DNA from: Octopus sinensis
Lineage: Eukaryota
Direction: 5' to 3'
Length of the DNA: 64,000 bases
NCBI RefSeq assembly: GCF_006345805.1
Contig: NC_043001.1
Span: 76,632,001 to 76,696,000 of the forward strand
In this document: positions 52,716 through 64,000 of the stretch, one piece after another
Layout: the number at the start of each line of letters is the position of its first letter
How positions within the stretch are numbered: the stretch's first letter is position 1
The notes under the pieces: model-generated
Told to the model about the DNA's origin: nothing
The model's database searches: none
The model's input: only the letters and a program-made list of their open reading frames with translations
Translations under genes and position numbers: made by a program

Positions 52716-52975
52716 TACGAGAGGGTGTTGAACGGTTCCTGGTTTTGGGTAAAGGAAAATACAGGAGGATCAGTTAATTATGATTTTATTCAACATATTC
52801 CCCTCTAAGATTCATACATTTACTGTAACAGTCCTTCAGTTTTTTAAGCCCTGTAAAAGAACTCGGAAGGTTGAGCCTCCAACCAGGCCTTTTGCGACAC
52901 CCTTAAAGCCAGAAACTTTTCATCACCCATCATATACACCCACACATATATTCAAATCAGCAACCGCTCATGACT
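52716..52975 (+). mobile_element. Mariner-like 5' end fragment
   Basis: TA-CGAGAGGG start, TTTTATTCAACATATTCCCCTCTAAGATTCATACA internal motif typical of mariner left ends. Confidence 0.55.
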
Positions 52976-53239
52976 AGCATAACCTGTGATATTTTTAATG
53001 ATTTAGGGAAACATTGATTCAAAACATTTAATTTGAATTCATTTTCATTAATTATCTGATTTAGTTACTCAAGTATAGAATTAATCATATTCATTATTAA
53101 CGAAACAGCTGTAGAAAGTAATTATGTTATGAAATATCTGTAAAATTTTTGCTATTTTGTTTGCTACTGCATATATATGTGTGTGTGAGTTTTTGTATAT
53201 ACGTATATAAAATGTATGTATACGTGTATATATAAAGTG

Positions 53240-53316
<77 letters not shown>

Positions 53317-53495
53317 GCATATATATATATATGTATGTATACAGATATATTATCATTATTATTATATCATTATTATTATAATTATCATCATCATCATCAT
53401 CATCATCATCATTATATTGATGTTATTATTATTATTATTATTATATTATTATTATTATTATATTATCATTATTATTATTATCATTATTATTATTA

Positions 53496-53534
<39 letters not shown>

Positions 53535-53713
53535 TATTATTATATTATTATTTAAAACAGTTTGATTCGTTTCTACGCAACTTTAAGATTCTGTAAGAAG
53601 CTTACGAGCCTTTAAGTTGCATGGGGTCGAATCAAACTGTTTTTTATAATAATATATATACTCCCACTAAATGTGCCTCTTTACCTCGTTTGTCTACTCA
53701 TTCACCCATGATT

Positions 53714-53890
<177 letters not shown>

Positions 53891-54639
53891 CTTATAACAT
53901 ATGCCATAGTCATGAGCAGGGCAAATTTTAGCCATTTCTTCGCAGACTGAAAGGAAAATGATGAACAACCTTAATCAATTTTTGAACCTAATTGGGTATT
54001 CATCAGTGGTGTCCACATCATTCTGACAGTCTCTAGAGAAACAAGCAGCCAAACTGCTTATATACTCAACAAATGCAGCTGTTACTCTATGAAGAGGTTC
54101 CTAATTTGCATATCGATATTGTACGATACAGACAAAAAAGTGATATTTTCGAACGCAGTATTGCCGTTAAAGCAGCAGAAAAATTAGATATTATTACCCT
54201 TGAAAAATGTTATCAAAAAACCATGGCTGTTTGTTGACAACTTTTTCCGCATTGTAAGGGTAATAATATCCAAATTTTTTGCTGTTTTAATGATGATACT
54301 TCGTTTGAAAATATCACCTTCTTATCTGTATCGTGCAATACACATTCGACACTTCTAAAAAAAGGAAAAATGTAAGTTTGTTTATATACACACGTGGTTG
54401 TTACCTTGGGACCTTACTAGGAGGCTGGAGACTGAATTGCAGTTACTGGCATAGTAATGTGTAAGGTCCAGCATTCACTCCTCGGGCTGGTAAAAATGCC
54501 AAACATGCTATCTTCAGTTCGGTCTTTATGTCTGTCCTTATCTATAGTCTTCAATGGCGAGTAATGACTGAAAAAATGAGATCGCGAATATAAACAACCG
54601 AAATAGCGTTCCTCGGAACGATCTCTGAATTAACGTTAC

Positions 54640-54900
54640 TGGGGAAAGGAGCGTAGTTCGGAAATGCGGATGTCTGCATAGGGAAGGCACTGCCCCGATA
54701 TTAACACAGACGTGTGATTAGAATGTCACAAGGAAACATCGCAGAACGGACTTTTCAAGCCGAGTCAACTGGCAGGAGACCTAGGGGTATACCGCGAGCA
54801 TGATGGTTGGATATTACCCATAGTCTCAGTTGGTAACGCCTTGGAATCTAGCCAGGAAATTAACAGTTGTTTCTTGTAGGATAGTATGCAGGAGGAGATG
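54640..54900 (+). mobile_element. RTE-clade LINE 3' relic
   Basis: Translates approximately as 'VIRMSQGNIAERTFQAESTGRRPRGIPRA*WLD', like the RTE C-terminal GxRxRGRPxxRW motif. Confidence 0.5.
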
Positions 54901-56859
54901 TCTGAGAGTTCTATCCCCACGAACCTCTCAACAATAGTGGGTGGAGAAAATAGATGGTTATATATATAGTTTTTTCTAATGAAGCTGAAACTGGGAGTTG
55001 AATCTCGCGACTAGAGTTTCATGCTACTGTGATCGTCAGGTGTCTATGGTCCAAGTTAATTCTGAAGACAGTGTGTCTCAACACAGGATTAAAGTACTCT
55101 CTGGAGATAATGAACTACTGGATTTAAAATAATTCGAAAATCCTTAGTTAAAGAGTTTGTAGTGTAATTAATGAAGAAAGTTTTACATAATTACATGAAC
55201 ATTGCCATCAGTAACACATTTTGTAATAAGTAATATACAATGGTTTATAAATTTCTCATTTAGATTTCCATAATTTCACTATTTTTAATAGCTAAAATGT
55301 CGAACAAAAGTAACAATGAAGAAACACTTGTGCAGTACAGTTTAATGAACCTGTCACATTCATATGAAGATCGTCCACAAGGTCTGTTGCAAAAGATGAA
55401 AACTTTTCAACTCGGCTTCGAGTTTACCTTGGACCGCACTCTTTTAGAAGCACATCAAAAGCACCAAATTGAAAGTTGTTTCCCGAAGCAACACCCTACG
55501 AAAACTGGTCAATTTCAAACGGAGAAATATCGTACACTGGTTAAGATCTACTGATCTAGCCTTGTGCGGAGTGCGCATGTTCTGTCTGGGGAGAGATCAA
55601 TCTATACCAAGAAACTTTCCCCAGTATTGAACAACACCAGTTGCCTGATCGCTGATTGCATGAAACTCACTGACACAAACAACCTACACTTTCTCATTGG
55701 TATTGATTTTGCTGATATTAGACGGGAAGTGTCCAGTCGAGTCGAGACGATTAAGGTCATTAGTGATAAACGCTTCTTTCTTCCTCGAAGTTAACCCTGG
55801 GCCCAATGACTGACGTGAAGAAACTTTCTCTGCCATGTCCAGTGTCTAACTATCTCGGGAAGAAACTAGGCTTAACAATATCTCAGAAAGAAACCATACC
55901 CTAACTCTCGATGGAAAAGCTTGAGAACGACCCCCACCTCTAACTTACATGTAAGTTCCTCTTACTGAAGATCCTCCTGGCTCAGAAGCACTATCGATAC
56001 TATGAGAGACACTCAACCACTTGAGAACGAGAATGGGATGAACTAAAGTTACTTTGATCAGCCCAACTATTTTTAAATGTGAGAAACAGATCTTGCTTTG
56101 GAATACTGCCTTGTCTGCCGTCTACTCCCCAATACTTGCGGCTCAAGAAACTTGTAGAAGTAAATAAAAAGAATTTTTTTCAAAGAACTGTGTAAAGAAA
56201 CGGAAACCTGTCATATAACCATTACGCTTCGGAGAATCGAAAGAAGAAAGTTTAAAACTAGGAAAATTAAAAAGAATTTTTTTTATATGAAATATCATCC
56301 TGCATCGTAAAAGAACGATCATATTTTCAACAGAAAACATACTTTCAACCTGCAGTCTTGGCAACAGTTATTGGCTTCTGATGAAGCTTCATGTGAAGAG
56401 ATGTATAAAATTGCAAATAAATAAAACAATTATATAAATAAACAGTCAGCATATGAAAAGATCGGATTTTACAATGGACGAATCAAAAGGAAATAAAATG
56501 TATGCAGAGAAGACGAAGCAAAGCAGTTAAATTCTATTTCACTTTGAAATAACACAATTCGAAGAAGAATCGATTATCTTCCTGGACATATACTTGAATA
56601 ATTAATTAAAGTCTTCAATGCACTTTGATGAGAATACAGATATTTCGTCTTGTTCATTATTAATTGGTTTTATCAGGTATGTTCAAGAAAGCAACGTAAA
56701 AAAGTTGTTATCGTGAATTGTCTACAAGGAGAGGAGATTCAAGAAAAGTAAAGACTAGATTAAAGTCACGTTTCACAAGTGGTTGTGGTTGATTGAGCTC
56801 CTAGTATGAAGATAGGGGTCAAAATAAAGAATTCCATGAATCGTCTTAGTTTTTCAATT

Positions 56860-58753
56860 ATTATTATTATAGTGGCTAAAGAACCTGGCACGGCTGGGGT
56901 CCTCATTAATTTAGATCAGTCTAAAGCTTTCGATAGGGTCGACCATCTATACCTGGCGGTGATCCTCAAGGTAGCTGGTTTCGGGCCTGTATTCAGGGGC
57001 TGGATCGCTGCAATGCACAGTGATCAAAGTGTTCAGTGGTCAAAGTGAACAGACATCACTCAGAGCCGTTCAACATCATGCGCTCGGTCCGGCAAGGTTG
57101 TCTCCTCCCGTCTCATTTGTACGTACTGACTCTCGAGCCAACACTACACAAACTGAAGGCGTTGAGAGGTATCCCGCGTGACCTAGGATGTGGGAGATGC
57201 GTGACGGCACATGCCAACGACGTCATTGTAGTGGTGTCGGATCATAAACACAGAAATGATCGGCACCACTCTCAAGGACTACGAAGCGGTTTCAAGAGCG
57301 ACAATTAACCAGGAAATAATCAGTGGGCTTGCGGCTCGGCACCTGGAGAAGCAAGTCCATGCCGTCCAATTGCGTCATTGGGCGCTGGACGGATCGATTA
57401 AATTGCTCGGGGTCCGGTTCGGTCCGGACCTCCAGACCTTGGGACGAGGTAACGAGCAGGGTGACTACTCTCACCCAGAAATGGGCCGAGAGAAAGCTAT
57501 CTTTGAAAGGTCGAGCCTTATCCTGGCCATCGTCTGATTACGCTGGAGAGTATACTCTTCCGCTTCTTTTGGAAGAGACGCGTCCCGATGGTCAGGCGGT
57601 CTATCTGTTGTCAGCATCCGTTGAGTGGTGGCCTGGGCATGCTGTGGTTGATGATGCGCAGACAATGGCTGAGGCATCTCCAGTGTTTCCTTGGCGGTCA
57701 ACAGGTGTGGTCGCCGTTCGCCAGACACGTATTTCCGCAGATAGTTCCTTTAACGGAGCTATAGTCTTGGGTAAAACAGAGACCGAGGAGGAGCATTGGG
57801 AAAGTGGAATGTCTACAAGCACTCACAGCTCTCAGCTAATCGGAGAGTACGGTAGGTGGAACGTTCATTTTAGCGCTTTATGGAGGATTAGCGGAGGAAA
57901 AGTGCGACGTCGTTCTTGGGGAGACATTGGGCGCCGAAGAAAATCAGCTAGTCACTCTTTACCGGAGAACTTTCGAGCCGGGAGCGATGGATAATTTCCA
58001 AAAATCTCAGGCCTAGAAGTGCTACCGGGGAGCTTTGCCTTTACAGGTACGGAGGTACCGTCAGCCGAGCATGTCCGATATGCACACAGGACAACGTGAC
58101 GGTCCTGCATGCACTTGTCCAGTGCCCAAGCATTGCTAACCTCGAACACTTGCTGTCGCGTGTGGGACGGATCCGGCTGTCGACTGAATCCACCGGGAAG
58201 ATGGCCCTGCCGCCTTTCTTTAACCGAGAAGGAAAGGCTGTTTTTATATGCCTGGTGGCCATAGTGAAAGAGGTTGTATGATGGACAAGATTGAAGGGGC
58301 TGAAGACAAACCTTTTTCTCTTTGGCCAATCCCTGATGAACTTCTTCAAGTTTCACTTGAAAAGGAAAATAAGGGTAGAGAGGGAAGTGTTGTCTTGTAG
58401 TCAGTCTGGTGAAAGGTGGATGAAAGTGGCGAGAATGGTACAAGTGAACGGGCCTGCCCTGAACACACACCTGTAGTTGGGAAAATTAGGAAAAGAAAAA
58501 AGGCACCTACCCCAAAAGTCAGGGTACCCATGGTTTTTTCATGGGGATTTTCTATGAGCAGCCCTAAAACGTCTCCTCCCTATTGAGGATTACACATTGT
58601 TAATTTTTTTCTTTTTTAAAATTTTTTGTTAGTCTTGTTTACACGCAAAACCCTCACGACACACACTCACACACCACATTACACACGCACATTCTTTATT
58701 TTGTTGTCCATAATGTTTTTCTTAATGTAAACCCTTGTGGTTAATAAAGAAAT
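56860..58753 (+). mobile_element. Tx1/L1-clade LINE 3' fragment (degenerate RT, C-terminal Zn finger, 3'UTR) followed by (ATC)n
   Basis: 'LINLDQSKAFDRVDH', 'SVRQGCLLP', 'HANDV' (YADD-like), 'IKLLGVRFG', 'TVLHALVQCPS'; many frameshifts. Confidence 0.88.
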
Positions 58754-58967
58754 CATCATCATCATCATCGTCGTCGTCATCATCATCATCATCATCATCA
58801 TCATCACCATCATCTTCATCATCATCATCATCATCATCATCGTCGTCGTCGTCGTCATCATCATCATCATCATCATCACCATTATCTTCCTTATCATCAT
58901 CATCATCATCGTCGTCGTCGTCGTCGTCGTCGTCATCATCATCATCATCATCACCACCACCACCACC

Positions 58968-59001
<34 letters not shown>

Positions 59002-59015
59002 ACATCATCATCATA

Positions 59016-59088
<73 letters not shown>

Positions 59089-59130
59089 CATTATTATTAT
59101 TATTATTATTACAATTATTACTATTATTAT
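58754..59130. repeat. (ATC)n/(GTC)n/(ACC)n/(TTA)n compound microsatellite
   Basis: Direct reading. Confidence 0.95.
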
Positions 59131-59517
59131 TTGCTGCGTTTCTGTACTTATATAACTACAGTTTCTTCCTCGAAACTTGATCAATTTGTGAAGATTTATC
59201 ACGGAAATCTGTTAACCCCTAACTTGACTATATTACGGCACTGTGAAAACTAATTCTGCCGCATTCACTCATAGGGGTATGAATGGGATATGACTGCTGA
59301 CTCAGTACCCGCTTCTCCACTGATAAAGATTGGTTTGAATATGCGTGGGAAATGTCTGGACTAATCTCTCACATCATCAAATATATTTTAGAGCCGCAAT
59401 TATGTATACATGCATACACATTGGCAATCACGCGTGAGTACACTATCATAAATATGTGAGTATACGTAAATATGTATGTGTGCGCGTGTATATGAGTGTG
59501 CGCGTGTGCGCGCGCAC

Positions 59518-59552
<35 letters not shown>

Positions 59553-59737
59553 CATACATACATACATGCATAATACATACATACATACATACATACATAC
59601 ATACATACATACATACATACATACATACATGCAGGATGCAGTGAATAAATTGTCGTCTAAATTACGCAAAAATGAAAATTACACTGACATGTTATTTTAT
59701 ATATAATATATATAATACAAAGTATATATACATATAT

Positions 59738-59783
<46 letters not shown>

Positions 59784-59829
59784 TAGCTGAAGGTGACCCG
59801 CTCTACGTGCGGGTAAGAGTGTGGTTGTT

Positions 59830-60165
59830 ACTTTCTGTTGCTTCCTTTCAGCACGTAAAAAGCACCATACGAACGTGGCCGATTGCAGCGCCGCCTTGAC
59901 TGGCTTCTGTGCTGGTGGCACGTAAAAAGCACCAACCGATCGTGGCCGCTGCCAGCCCCCCTGGCACCTGTGCAGGCGGCACGAAAAAAGCACCCACTAC
60001 GCTCACAGAGTGGTTGGCGTTAGGAAGGGCATCCACCTGTCGAAACACTGCCAGATCAGACTGGAGCCTAGTGCAGCCTCCTGGCTTCCCAGACCCCTGT
60101 CAAACTGTCCAACCCGTGCTAGCACGGAAAACGGGCGTTAAACGATGATGATGATGATGATGATT
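59830..60165 (+). mobile_element. Short retroposon with RTE-like 3' end and (GAT)n tail
   Basis: Three GCACG(T/A)AAAAAGCACC repeats, GGCGTTAGGAAGGGCATCC, ends GGGCGTTAAACGATGATGATG. Confidence 0.6.
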
Positions 60166-60854
60166 CTCCCTCTTTGTTTCTTTCTCCTTTCTCTCTCCCT
60201 TTCCCCACTCTCTTACTCTTCCTTTCTCTCGGACTCTCCCTCGCTTTCTCTTACTCTCTATCTTTATGTATCTCTCTCCCATTTATAAACAACAAAAGAT
60301 CTTGAGTAAGTTGAGAAATAAAATATTTAGAAAGATCAATCATAAATATCAGGCAGTTACAAAGGAAAGGTCTGCTTCAAGACAGACAGCAAAACACTAA
60401 CATTAAAAAGGGACAGACGAACTTGCGAGCTGAATAAAAATAATAAAATATTGGAAACCAAAGTGTGAAGGGATAGAATTTGAGGATAGTAGAGTCACCA
60501 TGGCTGGCATTTCTTAACGACGGACAGCAACGTAGTGACAGTTCAACGGCTGGCGTAAAATTTTGAACTTGATGTAAAAGAAAATCCCTAAAAACCAAGT
60601 TTTGACTTGATTCTTTCTCACGACAGTAGACTCACCATGGCAAGCATTCAAAACTTCTTCATCGTGGACGGCAACACATTGACGATTAAAAGGCTGGCGC
60701 AAATTTTTTAGCTTGATGTAACAGAGAATTGCTAAACACCCGCTCCTTTAAATTTTAATCCCCTTCCAGCCCCATTTATACCCCTTTTCACCTTTTGGTT
60801 AATATAACCCGATTTCATTTGGGTCTACTGGGGCCACATTTTATAAGATGAGGA

Positions 60855-61051
60855 CTCAACCAAGTTTCCCAAGTTCTGGTCATAGACCATAGAACACTCA
60901 ACCAAGTTTCCCGATTTCTGGTCATAGACCATAGAACAGTCAAGCAAGTTTCCCGAGTTCTGGTCATAGACCATAGAACACTCAACCAAGTTTCCCGAGT
61001 TCTGGTCATAGACCATAGAACACTAAACCAAGTTTCCCGAGTTCTGGTCAT
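60855..61051. repeat. 42-bp minisatellite, ~4.7 copies
   Basis: CTCAACCAAGTTTCCCGAGTTCTGGTCATAGACCATAGAACA units. Confidence 0.95.
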
Positions 61052-61168
61052 TTGCAGAATAAACAGAGACGGCGGAGGTGGCAGACGTCGTTGCAATGTA
61101 AACATGATTTGTTATAAGAGAAAGATTGTCCAGATTGTGTGTTGGTGTTGTACTGGGGCCACATATAG

Positions 61169-61199
<31 letters not shown>

Positions 61200-62088
61200 C
61201 ACGCTGTAGAAATTAAATTAGAGATAAAACCACTAATAGGGAAATGAAACAGTAAAAAACCAAAAACAAAAACATAAAAATAAAAATATAATATTAGATA
61301 TATGTATATATATGTGTGTGGGTGTGTGTGTGTGTGTGTGTTGACAGGTAGACAATAGAATGCGATGGCGATGGGGATGGCGATGTAATATTTGTTACTG
61401 TCCATGAACGCTGATAGATACATGAGTAAAATGTATAGGAAGGTAAGAGTTAAGAGTGAGTGAAAATGTTCTTGGAAGAGAGTAAATAGCGACAGAGTGA
61501 TTTGAGGAAGACTTTACATTAAATAAGGGTAGTTGCATTGTCAAATGAAGAGGAGTGACAGAGTACTGGAGGAAATAGGGTGAGGTAGGAAGATGGCCCC
61601 TAGCAACCACACCTTTTAAGATAGTGATTTCTAAGGTAGCCCACGCGCATCGTCACCTCATTCTACATGTCCCTGTAAATTTTGGAGCGAATCGGACGGG
61701 ATGTAGTGGCATTGAAAGCGAACCAAGCGGTAAAAACGCATTTCAGTTTTATATATAGAGAAGATATATATATATAAACGGAGATAATTTTGATAAATCA
61801 AGATTCTGCATTCGTTCTCCACCTCTCTCTCTCACACACATACACAAACACACAAACACACACACATATATTTATGCATGCACACACATATACACATCCA
61901 CCCGCACCCACACACATCTACACACACACATATATATGTACACACACATACATGCATACATACACACACACACACACACACATAAAATGTATATATGTGT
62001 ATATTTGATCATAAAGACATACACCAGACACACACATACATGTACATTTGTGTTGTGTGTATGCGCGCGCGTGTATGTGTGTGTGTGT

Positions 62089-62119
<31 letters not shown>

Positions 62120-62319
62120 AGTGTGACTGAGTGTGAAAGCAAGCGCGCGCGTTTTGGTGTGTGTATCAGATTCATAACTTTTCTTAAACAGAGCTTTCTT
62201 TGTTTTCGAGAATTCCTGACATCAACAACAAACCAAGATAGTTAAAGCTCTCACCAAACTTCTAAACAACCATATCTTTTTACGCCATTAATTATCTCTT
62301 AACTCCACAACTAAATTAA

Positions 62320-62840
62320 TTGTCACCATCACCATCATCATCATCATCATCATCTTCATCATCTTATCATCATCTTATCATCATCATCATATTATCATCA
62401 TCATCATCATCATCATCATCACTACCACCACCATCATCATCACCACTGCGACCAATACCATTTACTAGTAACCATAACTTCAACAGCACTGCCATCAACA
62501 TCATCACAATTACGACAATGCCACCACCACCACCACCACAAACTTTAGCATCACAGCTACAACCACCATCGCCGTAACCACCACCGCCGCCGCCACCTCC
62601 ACCGAAGACACCGCCAGCGCGATCACCATCATCACTATCACTATCACCATCGCCAACGCCATCAACACCGCCATATACCGCCACCTAAATCACCACCACT
62701 AACAACAACAACAGTAACAACAGCCACCACCAGCACACCACAGCCACTGCCACTGCCACTGCAGCCACCACCACCACCACCAACAACACCACCACTACTA
62801 CCACTGCTATCACCACCGCCACCACCATCACCACCACTGT
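62320..62840. repeat. (CAT)n/(CAC)n low-complexity tract (another at 63720-63950)
   Basis: Direct reading. Confidence 0.9.
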
Positions 62841-62974
62841 GACCAATTGTGTGTTAACGAAAGACATCACTAAATCACACTGAAAAAATCGTTGGTTTTA
62901 TGACAGTTTGGTGTGGCCGCAGTATTGTAGAGTGTGCGTGTTAGTGTTTAAATATGGGTGTCAGTGGATGTGAA

Positions 62975-63625
62975 TGTTTTTTCTACTCTAGGCACAAAGC
63001 CCGAAATTATGGGCAAGAGGGCCAGTCAATTAGATTGACCTCAGTACGCAACTGGTATTTATCGACCTGGAAAGGATAAAAAGCAAAGTCAACCTCAACG
63101 GAATTTAAACTCAGAACGTAAAGACGGACGAAATACTGCTAAGCATTTCGCCCGGCGTGCTAATGTTTCTTATTTCTTTGTTGCCCACAAGGGGCTAAGC
63201 ATAGAGGGGTCAAACAAGGGCAGACAAGGGGATTAAGTCGATGACATCGACCCCAGTGTGTTACTGGTATTTAATTTATCGATCCCGAAAGGATGAAAGG
63301 CAAAGTCAACCTCAGCGGAATTTGAACTCAGAACGTAGCGGCAGACGAAATACTGCTAAGCATTTTGCCCGGCGTGCTAAAGTTTCTTTTTTGTTTTTTT
63401 ACTGCCCACAAGGGGCTACACACAGAGGGGACAGACAAGGACAGACAAACGGATTAAGTCGATTATATCGACCCCAGTGCGTAACTGGTACTTATTTAAT
63501 CGACCCCGAAAAGATGAAAGGCAAAGTCGACCACGGCGGAATTTGAACTCAGAACGTAATGGCAGACGAAATACTGCTAAGCATTTCGCCCGGCGTGCTA
63601 ACGTTTCTGCCAGCTCATCGCCTTA
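62975..63625 (-). mobile_element. SINE family A trimeric array
   Basis: Head at ~63625, core+tail repeats, terminal CTTTGTGCCTAGAGTAGAAAA tail. Confidence 0.9.
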
Positions 63626-64000
63626 TCTATGGGTGTGAATATGCAAGCATGTATGTATGTGTATGTGCGTGTGAGTGTCTTTATGAGTTGCATGCATTGC
63701 GCGTTTTTTGAGAGGGCAGTCACCACCACCACAACCATCACCACCTCCTCCATCGCCATCACTACCACTACTGCTACCACCACCACCACCACACCACCAC
63801 CACCACCACCCACCACCACCACCACCACCACCACCGCCGCCGCCACCATCACCACTACCACCACAGCCGCCGCCGTCGTCGTTGCCACCACTACTACCAC
63901 TATTACAAGTATCACCATCGCCACTACAGCTATCATTACAAATGAGGCATTTAGTGACTGAGTGTCGTAAGCGTCATCCCGATCATTTTCGATGTTAGTA

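Larger units (their letters stand above)
59783..61764 (-). mobile_element. Putative ~2-kb Helitron-like element with internal cargo
   Basis: Minus 5' A|TCTTCTCTATATATAAAA at 61764; ACCCGC..GCGGGT hairpin and CTAG|T at 59783; pairing of the two ends is inferred. Confidence 0.5.

Noticed and set aside
55290-56100. Possible LINE endonuclease relic on minus strand
   Set aside because: Too degenerate to assign by eye

Overview
Repeat-saturated, AT-rich eukaryotic DNA with one 100-N scaffold gap. The SINE families and dense microsatellites point to an Octopus genome (inference). Most ORFs in the supplied track are microsatellite translations. The window holds: (i) dozens of copies of three tRNA-derived SINE families (here A, B, C), with family A in recurrent head-to-tail multimers; (ii) decayed LINEs: an R4/Dong-like RLE element inside a (TAA)n tract, a Tx1/L1-like ORF2 3' fragment, an apparently ORF1-only L1/Tx1-like element and an RTE relic; (iii) mariner relics, TIR MITEs and non-autonomous Helitrons with TC...hairpin-CTAG ends; (iv) one plausible host coding exon (minus, 22964-23316). 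The most interesting signal is a set of hammerhead-ribozyme-like motifs (CUGANGA...GAAA-palindrome-UH) that the ORF track does not show. They lie in several unrelated non-coding repeats: a 426-bp tandem repeat with an inverted partial copy (37022-38032), both arms of a 590-bp palindrome (43928-44517), a ~200-bp dispersed element (two copies) and two solitary motifs. This resembles Penelope-associated or retrozyme-type ribozyme retroelements. All structures were read by eye; no database search or folding program was run.
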